This document shows, piece after piece, positions 49,329 to 59,949 of a DNA stretch of 64,000 nucleotides (within the stretch, counting starts at the first letter, position 1; every line of letters begins with the position of its first letter). The DNA is from Klebsormidium nitens. Taxonomy: Eukaryota; Plantae; Klebsormidiophyceae. A program made the position numbers and the translations under genes. The stretch is from NCBI GenBank assembly GCA_000708835.1, contig DF237383.1:1-64000 (forward strand), read 5' to 3'. The notes beneath the pieces were generated by a model. It saw only the letters and a list, made by a program, of their open reading frames with translations. It did no database searches and had not been told where the DNA came from.

Positions 49329-51913
49329 GCGAGGCAGGTTGTAGAGTTTAGTTGCGTCTTATTTTCTTTGGAACTAGAAGTCAAGGACGGGGGAGAGATA
49401 TGGCACATGTTTTCTTTTGACCAAAGCTACAAGCGGAGCTTGCAATCAGCCTAGCGTTTGTTTCTAGGTGTCTCGATTAGTTGGCATGCATGTAAGGCGC
49501 AGGGGTAAGTGGGTGCTTGGTTGAGCATCAACCAGTAGCATTCTCAAGCATACCGTTGATTTAGTTGAGCCTCGGGGGATCTGCATGCGACTTCCAAAAC
49601 AGCGTGAAAAACTGTGCTTAATAGTTTATCAGCCCGTAGAAGGTAGATGGGCTAAAGAAACGGGAATGTTTGGGTCGTAAAGTTGGAAGCTGGTCAAGCA
49701 GGTTGTTCGTTGACAGTTCCAAAGCTGCTGCTTTTCACCACGTTGTGGTCCTTCAAAAATCAAAAATCAACGTGCAAGATTAGAACTTCGTACGGTGTCT
49801 GGTTTGGAGAGGTACGATGGTACGCATGAAGTCCGATGCGTTAGAGGGGGCCGAACTCAGGGTATGTGTCGAGTCAACAAAGTGACAGCCATGATCTTTG
49901 GCCTCTTTGACAAAAACGTCAATGTTATGCTCGAATTGAAAGTGGACGGTCTGGTAAGGTCGCCCATGAGCCGCCGCGTGGCTCGGTTAAATCTTTTACT
50001 GCCTCCCCTGCAGCCATTGATATAAAACCAATCACGATGGCAGTGACTACAGTAGTATCTTTTCAAAACATGGTAGAAGTGCGGCCATACAGCTGGCGGC
50101 TTCTCATGGTACTGTGTTTATTTTTCAGTGTCCATGTTTGCCGTTAATGGCAGTGTGACTCTGGTCTTCGGAGCGTTACCAAGATTATTAATAATGCATC
50201 AAGAACATGCATCTCTGATAGATGAAGCCGGCGTGGCCGTGTTGTTAAGAGTTGTGTGAGTGCGCACTCACACAACGTTGAATGTCATTGTCCTCATGAT
50301 CCCGGCGGGCAAACAAATCACGGTGTCATGACGGTTGACTCGGTGACGCGTGCATTGGTGCGGACTCTCAACGTCTAAGCCAGCTAGAGGTAAGCCAGAC
50401 AGCGGCCCCCACATAGTCGAGGTTGCCTTCCGTTGTCGCCAGCGGGTGACAAAGAAGCATATACTACACTTTCAACAACTTCGAGGGGACGTCCGGGGCC
50501 TATGGAGTAGGAAAACTTTCAGTCGGACTCGATCGATCAGGCTACTCTCAGGCTACTCAGCCTTGAAGAAGTCTACAGCACGTTCCTGCTTAACTCCTAA
50601 CATGTATACCGTAGCTGACAACCTGAATCATAAAAGTGGCTCGCTGGCGTTGCAGCCACGTTTCGAACCCGCGACATTCCGCGAATCAGTGCTGACCGAA
50701 GGTTTGCAAGTTCCTGGAACCCTAACTTTCTGAACCCTAAAGGTTTTCAAGTCAAGCTCTGCAAAAGGCTCAGCTCTTGCATGCACATGAACAAATGAAG
50801 TCGAATGCTCAAAATGGGACATGATCATCCTGGATCAGCTAGAAGCTGCTCAGCAGACTTGCTGGCTAGCCTAGAGCTGACAGCCGTCTTGCAGCGTCTC
50901 TATGTTTACTGAGCGGGTGGAGGATCATGACCTGAGCTAGGAAGGGTGCATTAGTCCGCTTGTGCGATGAAAGAACGTGTCAGTCTGACATCCTGAGCCT
51001 TTAAGCTCCAGCCAGCTCAGATTGGCCAGGAACAATATGTCGGCTGTTGTTGGTGCTTTGGCACCCGCCGGTGGTGCGAAAGCTGGTTCTTTGGGTCCGG
51101 GGCAAACGGCGGACAATCTCCAAGCTACAGCAGAAACGTATCTGGTGAGCTGCGAACTCAATAACCTTCTGATGTAGAATCTCCAGGAACATTGATGAGG
51201 GATTCTTTTCAAGTGGTCAAATTGGTGCCTGTGCATTTTGGAATGATGCGACTCAACTTACAAGGTTCAAGATAAAGAGTTGTATGTTGCCTCCTTTTGA
51301 GCCCAAGGATTGGATTGAGCTCACAATCATCCAGGTCGTGGACCTGCTCCGTTTTTCGGCGCCGTTGAGGTTCCAGTGCATCTTTCACCTCCAATCTGAA
51401 CCATGGACCCAATGCGAGCTGAAGCTGCTTCAGATGTTTGACCTAAGTAGCAAACCCCTTTCATCACCACTCAAGGTGGCCAGGTCAGTCTGTGCATGCC
51501 AAACTAGCGACACAATTGTCTGGTCCATGCTGGGTTCATCAGGTAACCTCAAACGAGTTTACTATCATCCAAACTTGAGCGACAGGCCCATATTGTTGTG
51601 GAGAGCCTGTGATCTGCTGACACTATCAGAGCGGCAAGCTCTCCGATCCTCGTTCCTTCCACAGAGACTGCTTCATAAACATATTAACCTCGTGAAGTGT
51701 GCTCAGGCACACATACTGTTGTGACATGTTCTATTTAAAAAACATCTATTGACCGATTTTGTCCGCCCAGGCAAAGTTCCTATAGGAGAAGGGAGACCTA
51801 GGTCGAAGCCAACTCGCAGACTGACCCCTCGTTTTGCAAACCATTTCTGGTGACATTAGTACTTGAGCTGCCTCTTCCTTCACAAAGAACTTGCATTCGT
51901 CGCTTGTGCCCAG

Positions 51914-53724
51914 ACCGAGTACCGCGTCAACGACTTGCTGACGTGGCTGCTGCGGGAGCTGCTCGTTCACCAGCCTGCAGAGCCCATCCAGTTCATGGTG
52001 GACTTGATGACTTTCCCCGGGGATCCCTCCAGAGCCACCCAGGTCGGCTGACTCCAAAAACCTCCAATCTCCTAACTTGTGGTCGTGATTGGATGGAACA
52101 GATCACGCCCGTTTGGCCGGTGTGCTGACTCGAGCGTGTCCATTTCCCTACTTTAGAAAGCCATGATTGTCGTTGACAATGCACATGGACTGTTCTCGAT
52201 GTTGAGTTTGCGCAACGTGGCTTTGATGCCTGGCCAGCAACTTTCGAGGCTGATACAGTCCGTTCGAGGTACTCTCCTTGAAGAAACTTCGCAGAGCCGT
52301 TGATTCGAAGACTTGCTTGAAATGCAATCGTTTTAAGCTAGAATTGACGTTCATATGGCTTTAGGTGTCAGCACAGCTCGTGCAGGTAGAGCAACATCTC
52401 AATCCACCCGCCTTCCTCTATTGTGAGCTCAAAACTTATGTCTGATACAAAAGAGGTCCGAATAGTCAGCGCCCTTTCAACTTTCCGTTCTCGCATCTAA
52501 TCTTATACTAGGGTACAATCAAGACAGAAATGGAGACTTGCTACGCTGCAAAGATCGCTCTGTTTCGCGACTGACAGCCCATGCTGATGTGCATCTGTCG
52601 TTTTATTGCAATCACAATCTCGATCTATGCAACTCGACGCCCTAAAAGTCTCTGCGCCGACTTTCGGGTGCCACTCGTAATTGGCCTGGGTCAAACTTGA
52701 CCGTCGAACGTCAGGCCAGACAGTCGGAGCCCTGCTGTCGTGCTGCCGTGGCGCTGACGTGGCGTGGACGTGTGCTCTGCAGGACGGCCGCGGGCTAAGC
52801 GAGTACCGGAAGTCGAAGCTGCTGGCGCTCTTTCATCAGATGGACAAGGTGGGGGGCGGCATGCGCAGATGGTCAGACTATCAGATTTCCAGGAGTACTC
52901 TGACGTCATCGGGGTTCTACATGATCTGGCTTCAGCTCTAGCAATCTCGAGCGACGCAGAAAAATCAAGAGCAACTGCAGGACTCCTTATCGTAGCCGCA
53001 CCCGTATCACATCCCTCTCTGGTTGTTGTGCTGAGTTGATCAGTTGGTTGGACATTGAAGTGACATCTGAGGGAAGTTTCGGTCATTCAATAACGCGGAA
53101 AGGCGTACTGCGAATGGAGAACTGAAAGCTCAAAACTTGTTTCTTAAAACGGCCCCCAAATGTTCGATCTGTGGGACCACTTTCTCCTGCCATGTTCCAC
53201 TAACTGCCCGTCTGTTCTGGCGAATTGAACGGCATTCGAGCCTGCGTCGAGGTTCTTCGTGTCTCCAAAAACCTTCACGAAGCGCCCGACCAAAGTGTTG
53301 GAACACAACGAGCTGTCAGGCATCTTCGCTATGGGCGTTGCTCGCTTGAGTGGGCGTAGAGTTCTTCCTTTCAGAAACAATATAAGGAAGACTGGCGCGT
53401 CATCAACGCTTCGCTAGCTGACACCGTTGACGGCTTCCTGAGAATACCGCTTCCCACGAGGATTCGATTCGGTTCAAGTCGAGCTGAATATTTCTTGCGC
53501 AGGACGATTCCGGCTCCGTCGAGTTCAAGGAGATCTACGCGCACTCGTCCAAGTACGGCGGAATGGCCCTCACCCCGGAAGAGCTGAAGGCGGTCTTCCA
53601 AGACTTCGACACGAGCGGGGATAGCAAAGTGACGGTCGACGAGTTCCTCACGTTCTTCAGCCGGACGCTTGTGCAGTGCAGCAACGAAGAGTTCGATGAG
53701 ATGATGAAGGAAATGCTCGACTAG
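51914..53724 (+). CDS. Small protein with an RIIa/Dpy-30-like docking domain and two EF-hands (exons 51914-52042, 52783-52848, 53503-53724; 5' exon not fixed, candidate ATG at 51403)
   Basis: In-phase exons give YRVNDLLTWLLRELLVHQPAEPIQFMVDL, then EF loops DKDDSGSVEFKE and DTSGDSKVTVDE. Confidence 0.75.
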
Positions 53725-54711
53725 TAAGCTAGTTGACGGGTACCTTAAAGATATTCGCGGACAGTGCGTTCACGATCGTGGGTCAAGCAAACACGATCGA
53801 GGTGGTTCAAGCACATGTCGTTTCCCCACTCCAATGCTCGTGCGGGTAATCTTTGGACAGAGATTTGTTTACGTGTTGGGCCGCGGTTCGCAACAAGCCC
53901 GTTGCGGGCCAGGCCGGGCGCTTGCTTGTAGAAGTTTGGGCTCTGCGCAAATCAAATTGAGACCTGAGTACGTGACAAACGATCGCGAGACTGTTACGAC
54001 AGAACTTAGGACCTTTCGACATCATATACATATTATGGCGGCGGTCATCGATTTTGTTACCAGTCTGCCACTGACATGAGAGCTTAATTGCAAGGCGTCA
54101 ACTTGTTCAACTGGTGGTTGGGGTTTGATTGCTGATGCAATGCGCTGGCCTGCGAGTACGCTTCAGACGGCCCGCCGGGCAGCTGATTTATCGATCGATT
54201 CCTGATCATCTCACATGCTTTTGTAGTCTTCTAAGTTCGATCAAATGTGCGCACACGATCGTTGCCCACACTTAAGCCTGTGCACGCAAATCTGGCATGT
54301 AGCTTGTCGTCATGCCGCTGAGTACATGATCAGGCATTATCGGTGTCATGCCCTGAGGCACGAGTTGCACAACCATGAGTCTCGTACGGTACAGGCCAAA
54401 ATGAAATCGTAAGTTCATGTGGTACGTATATTTGTCCTGCATTGTCGCAAAGCGCTGGCACGCCAAGATCGTGACGTCCATAGCATACTTACGTGACCGT
54501 ACCGAACTTGAAGGTTGGCTGATACTCGACAAGTAATTATTCGAAGATAACCAACATTGACAGGAGTCTTGCTTATCTACAACTATCCGCTGAGCAATGA
54601 TGCGCGTGCTGTGCATAACTACTTGTGCACTTGCCTAAGCTTTATGGTACATGTCTCCGTGATTCTTGCAGAAGCGGATGCGTGCAGGATTGTTCTGATC
54701 AAGATCCTATC

Positions 54712-57157
54712 TTACAGTCCATACGAGCTCACCAGCCTGCGCTTTTGGTTGTTTCGCTCCTGCATCACCTGACGAATGAGCCCATCGCTCATGCCTCTAC
54801 ACCCCCTTACGTCCAAATAATACAACTCCCGGCGAGCAATGGCCGTAAGCGAAGCGTCGCTCAGCTTCGTACAGCCCCGCACGCTGATCCTGCTCAGCTT
54901 CGGACACCCCCCCAAAATCGCAGAGACTGCTTGGTCCGTAATCCGGAAGCACCCACCTACGTTAATGTCCGTCAGCTGCGCCGCGTGCGCAGCCAAAGTC
55001 ACGATCCCCCTATCAGTAACACTGTCGACGTTGCTCAGATTGAACACGCTCAACCGGGGGCAATTGACGGCGATTGCCGTCACGGAAGCGTCCGTCAGCA
55101 GCTTACACGCGCCCAACCCGAGGTTCTCCAGGTTGACACAGCTCCGCGCGAGTTCGCAAACTCCGCGATCGGTGATCTCCCGGCACCCCCCCACTTCGAG
55201 CGCAACCAGCGCCTTGCACTTCGCCGCAAGAATCTCGAGCCCGTCATCCCGCACGCGCTGACACCCCGACACGTCGAGGCTCCGCAACCCGCGGCAGTTC
55301 ATCGCAACCGACGCGAGGGCCCAGTTGGAAAACTGGAAGTTCCCGGCGACGCTCAGCCTCTGCAGGCCCTGGCAGAAGGTCGCCACCTGTATTACCCCGA
55401 CCTCCGTCACCTTCAGACAGCCGCTGATGTCAAGTTCCGTCAGCCGGGGGCAGGCCCGCGCGAGCGCGGCGAGAGAGTCGTTGGTGACCGCGCGAAAGCT
55501 CCGGGGCACGAGAAGGGTTCGGAGGTTCGGGCAACCAGCCGCGAGGAGGAGGAGCGTGTCGGTGGTTGGGACGGTCGCGCGGAAGGACTGCATTTGGCCC
55601 GCGCTCTTCTCGACGAGCTTCTTGACGAGGCCCTGGATCTGGCGCGGGCCGGCCTCCCAAAAGATCTCCCTGTTACAGCAAAATAGGTTAGCCGTTAACC
55701 ATGGTCATTCAAGCGGTTCGAGCGCGCGAGAACGAGCTGAACCTACTTAGACGGTTTAGCAGCAGATCTAGACCGAAGTGAAGGGACTAACGCTTGAAGA
55801 GCGTGGCGAGGTCCAATTCTTTGTTAGTGATGGAGGGTCACGGAACAAGCTACCTTAAGGGTTTTGCCGTCAAGACAGAGCATTACGACTATCGGAAATG
55901 TCCAATCCTGGTGGTGTCCTCTTTTGAAGACCGGCTGACAGGACCAAGCTTTGGGAGACCCGATTTGGGCCGCCTGGTCTGCAACAAAACACGAGACAAG
56001 CCTTGCATTTCAGAACGGGAAGCACACTTGCGCCAATGGAAAGTCTGTCTTGAATGAGTCGAAAAATCTGGTGATCACATCTCGTCGAAGCCTCTCCACT
56101 AACGCCTGAAGAGATCTATCCTCCCACTTCAACGCCGAGCAGGAAACAGAAGCTTAACCAGGAACAAGAGGAGCTGCCAAAAACTCTTCACAACATGACG
56201 ACGTATGTTCCAAGAATGAATGCAGAGACCATCCTTCTTCAAAGCGCGCCAGGTGCTGCCATAACAACCCGCGTCTTACAAGCCCCTCTGCTGAAAGTCT
56301 GCACAAGCAAAGTTTCCGCTGAAGAAGCGTCTTTCAAGTAGGTAAGCGCACCTAGCTTCAGTACAGAGTGTTAGAACTCCTGAAAGTCTAGCACGCTTTC
56401 CGGAACAGACAAGATGATAGAGCCAGAGTCCCTCTCAACTTCTGAATAGTCAACGTGCATAGCAATGAGAACTCAACTTTTGTGGTCCCACAAAAAACAA
56501 CCTCCGATATCCTCTTTCAGAATGGCAACTTCCAGCCGACATTGAGGACAGACAGTAAGCCCCTACACATACTTTCCACGGCGAGAAGAGGCCATGCGTG
56601 TTTCAAAAGATCCCGCCTGCTCACCTGGCCGCCTCCAATATTCCCTCCCGGAAGCGCACCTCGCCCACCTCCACATGGCTCCAGCACGCGGGGTCAAACG
56701 CGGCGTCCCGCCACTCCTTGCACACCAACGGCACCACCGCCAGACGGAAGTCCACTGGCAAAAGCTCCAGCACGTGCAGGAGCGCTTCATAGCGTCTGGA
56801 GTCACTCAAGACTGATTGCACTTCTCCCAGCGTTTCGCGGGGATTGTTGGACGGCGGAGGTTGTTCCAAGGTTTGAGAGGGTGGGGGTAGAATCCTGCTT
56901 CTGCTGTGCGAGGGCGCGGAATCTGCTGGCTTTGATTCTAAGCAGTATGCCTGCAGCTCGTCCTGACTGCCGTCGCTGCCTTCGTTTTCTTCGATGGGTG
57001 GGTATGGACTTTTGGATAGGCGCAGGAGAGCCAGGGGGATCGACATCCGGGACGACGTGTTTTGGAAGATGAGCGTGTTCGGCCCGTTCTGTGGCAGAGG
57101 CTCTCGGTGCTCTCCCTGAGACTGCTCTCCCCCCGGAGCTGTTGGTGGCGTCTCCAT
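54712..57157 (-). CDS. F-box/LRR protein, SKIP1/FBXL-like, 2 exons (57157-56625, 55669-54712), 496 aa
   Basis: F-box YEALLHVLELLP...VPLVCKEWRDAAFDPACW spliced in phase to KKLVEKSAGQ and ~26-aa cysteine-containing LRRs (CPRLTELDISGCLKVT...). Confidence 0.9.
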
Positions 57158-57921
57158 TCTGTTGTGGATACCTTGTCAATCTCCAGATGTCCCCAGATTC
57201 TAAGAATGGAGTTACACAGGCCTACCACCGACTCACTGGTCTTGCTTTACAAGCGTGTACACTTTGTGAAGACGAACCTCGAAAGCTGAAACAACGTCCA
57301 GCAGATTCTTTCCCAGGATCTGCAGCGGGGAGTGGTGTAAAGTTCAGGGGCCTTTTCAGGCGATTGCGATGTTGATTTGGGGGTCCGCTGTTGAGGAACA
57401 GGAATGCTGACAAGGTTTTTGCAAGAAGGGGCAGAATTTAAACAGTGGTGGCAACATGCTGGCTCTTAAGGATAGCATCATCAAGCAAACTCACCAGTTC
57501 TGCACAAATCCAAGCAATCTGGCCTTCTTCCATTGTAACACATATCCAAGCTGTCCCATTGCTCTTTGAAGGAAAGATAGAGTCAACAAGCCTAATGGTA
57601 GCTTGGGACCGGTGTCTTCATAAAGAAGAAGAAACATCCACAAAAGTGACTAGATAGCTCACGTGGTCAGCAAAGCTTGCCCAGGTGCTAACCGAGCACC
57701 AAGAAGCATCTCCTGCAACTTTCTCCTTCCAAAGTGGAGCTGCAGCAATCGAAGGTAAGGGCGAACCGGCTCCTCAACTGCATCATTCAAATATCCAAGG
57801 GACCTGAAAAGCCATGTGAGCTCTCCCTTGAAGTTGAAGTTGCAATGGCATCTGCCCTGCTCGCCAACAAGCTCGTAAAAGGAGCTCTTGAAGGTAGTAC
57901 CAACAATATTAATAGTAATAC

Positions 57922-58222
57922 TTTTGAGATTAGGGGTAATTAGCCTTGAGTTACGCCCTAATATCCTAGTCGAATCGTGTGCAATGTTGCATTGGCCGTC
58001 GACCGTACGATCGTAAGTTGCTGCGTAAGTAAATGGACTCGAAAGTAGGGCCGTCGATTTGCAAGTTTCCGGAGTACCGCAGCCGGAGTACCGTATCCGG
58101 AGTACCGTATCCGGAGTACCGTAGCTGAGAAGACTTCGATTCTCACCATGGACTAGTTACTCACTTCTAGTACCTAGTTGTGCTTCCTCTTGAAAGGCCC
58201 TCAAGGCGCGTTTATTTCAACA
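57922..58222 (+). repeat. 5' LTR (301 bp)
   Basis: 6 mismatches to the 3' LTR. Begins TT instead of TG and ends CA. Contains 4 x 14-bp CCGGAGTACCGTA(T/G). Confidence 0.96.
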
Positions 58223-58234
58223 GGTTATGGGCCC
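58223..58234 (+). promoter_or_regulatory. Primer binding site GGTTATGGGCCC (half-tRNAiMet type)
   Basis: Directly abuts the 5' LTR and matches the motif known from Drosophila copia/Osser-type elements. Confidence 0.8.
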
Positions 58235-58948
58235 ACGACGCTAGAGAGTGAGGGAGAGAGTAGCAAGCCATTGCTAGCAAAGACAATTCTAGGTTGGTGA
58301 AAGGTATTCCAGTGGGGGCTAAGTAGGAGTGCTTTGAGCACTTTCCCTGTGACGCCTGTGAAAATACCCACAAACCTTTCTCGGCACAAAGGAGTGCCCA
58401 GCCCAAGAAGCGTTGTTTGACTAGCTGTAAAGATGGCTGAAGGACTCAAGGTATCCATTGAGAAGTTGGATGTGGATAACTATACGACGTGGTCGCAGCA
58501 GATGAAGTTTCTGCTGGTCCACAAGAAGCTCTGGAAGGGAGTGGCCGATCCCGCAGGGGATGCGGATAGAACCGAGGAGGCAAAGGCTGTGATAGGTCTA
58601 AACGTGCGGTCCCAGCACCTAGGGACGGTAACCGCTGCGGCGAACGCTAAGGTTGCGTGGGATGCATTGGAGGCGATCTACAAAGGCAAGAGTGCCACTC
58701 GGAAGTTGCAACTCCGGCAAAAGCTAATTACTCTCAAGCAAGGGTCCGGTGAGTCCGTGGCCGCCTACGTTGACAGGGCTAGAGACCTTGAGAGGGAATT
58801 GGTGAGCGCGGGGTCGGATGTGAAGCCGGATGATCTTGCCATGTCCGTGTTGAGCGGGTTGTCTAAGGAGTACGGGACTGTGGTAACGGTCTTGATGTAC
58901 TCGGATAAGGTCAGCTCGGTGGACATTATGCTTCCAATGCTGCAGCAG

Positions 58949-59032
58949 CATGAGCATGAGCATGAGCATGAGCATGAGCATGAGCATGAGCATGAGCATG
59001 AGCATGAGCATGAGCATGAGCATGAGCATGAG
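58949..59032 (+). repeat. (CATGAG)14 microsatellite inside gag
   Basis: 14 perfect hexamer units, read in frame as (His-Glu)14. Confidence 0.97.
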
Positions 59033-59929
59033 CAAGAAGAACTCCGTTGAGTCGGAGGAGGGCAGCGGAGCCGGAGCCGGGGTGGCATATGCCGCTAGAG
59101 CCGGTAACGGAGGGGGCAATGGCAAGGGGAGAAAGGCTTCGATGGCTTGCCACAAGTGTGGTGAGTTGGGGCACTTCGAGCGGGAGTGCAAGAAGGGGGC
59201 TCAAAGGGCCTCAAGGGTCAAAGGAGTCCGGAAAGCCAAAGTTCCGGAAAGGCCGCGAGTGCTACGGTTGCGGAAGCACCAACCACATCCTCAAGGATTG
59301 CCCCAAGGGAGGGGGATCGGGGTCCAACCGCGGGGCCGCCTTCATGGCGGGAGACGGAGTAGGGGCCGGGACGGGGAAGTGGGTTCTAGACTCGGGGGCC
59401 ACCCAACACATGAGCGGGGACAAGGGGAAGTTCACAACCCTCAAGATGCTAGAAACCGGGTCGCGAAGAATTCGGATAGCAAACGGTACGTATGTGGACG
59501 TAGCCGGAGAGGGGACGGTCGAGTTGCGGTGCCTAACGCCAACGGGCGTGAGGGTCAACACTCTTCTTGATGTGTTGTATGTCCTCGGCGTGGTTGAGAA
59601 CCTCTTCTCGGTGACGAGGGCTACCGACGCCGGCGTGGTGCTTGGGTTCAAGCGGGGCGTGTGCCAAGGCTTCCTGAACGGTGAGATCATCTTCCGTGCG
59701 GAGCAAGGGATGGGCTTGTTTGAGGTGTGTGAAGCGGAGCCCGATGTGGACGCGTGCATGCTTGTGAGGCAAGCCAAGACCGCGGAGTTGTGGCACCGGC
59801 GGCTTGGGCACGCCGGGTGTGAGAGTTTGGCTAAGATGGTCGAGGGAGACCTAGTCCGGGGTGTGGGGGTGAAAGCCGAGGCGTTTCGGGAGAAGAAACC
59901 CTTGGTGTGCGAACCTTGCATCATGGGTG

Positions 59930-59949
59930 NNNNNNNNNNNNNNNNNNNN
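59930..59949. other. Assembly gap (20 N)
   Basis: Run of N in the sequence. Confidence 0.99.

Noticed and set aside
54625-55686. 353-aa plus-strand ORF
   Set aside because: Antisense shadow of the GC-rich LRR exon of the SKIP1-like gene.
59030-59200. Programmed gag-pol frameshift
   Set aside because: Copia elements normally have one ORF, and this copy has at least five frameshifts scattered through gag and pol, consistent with decay or sequencing error.
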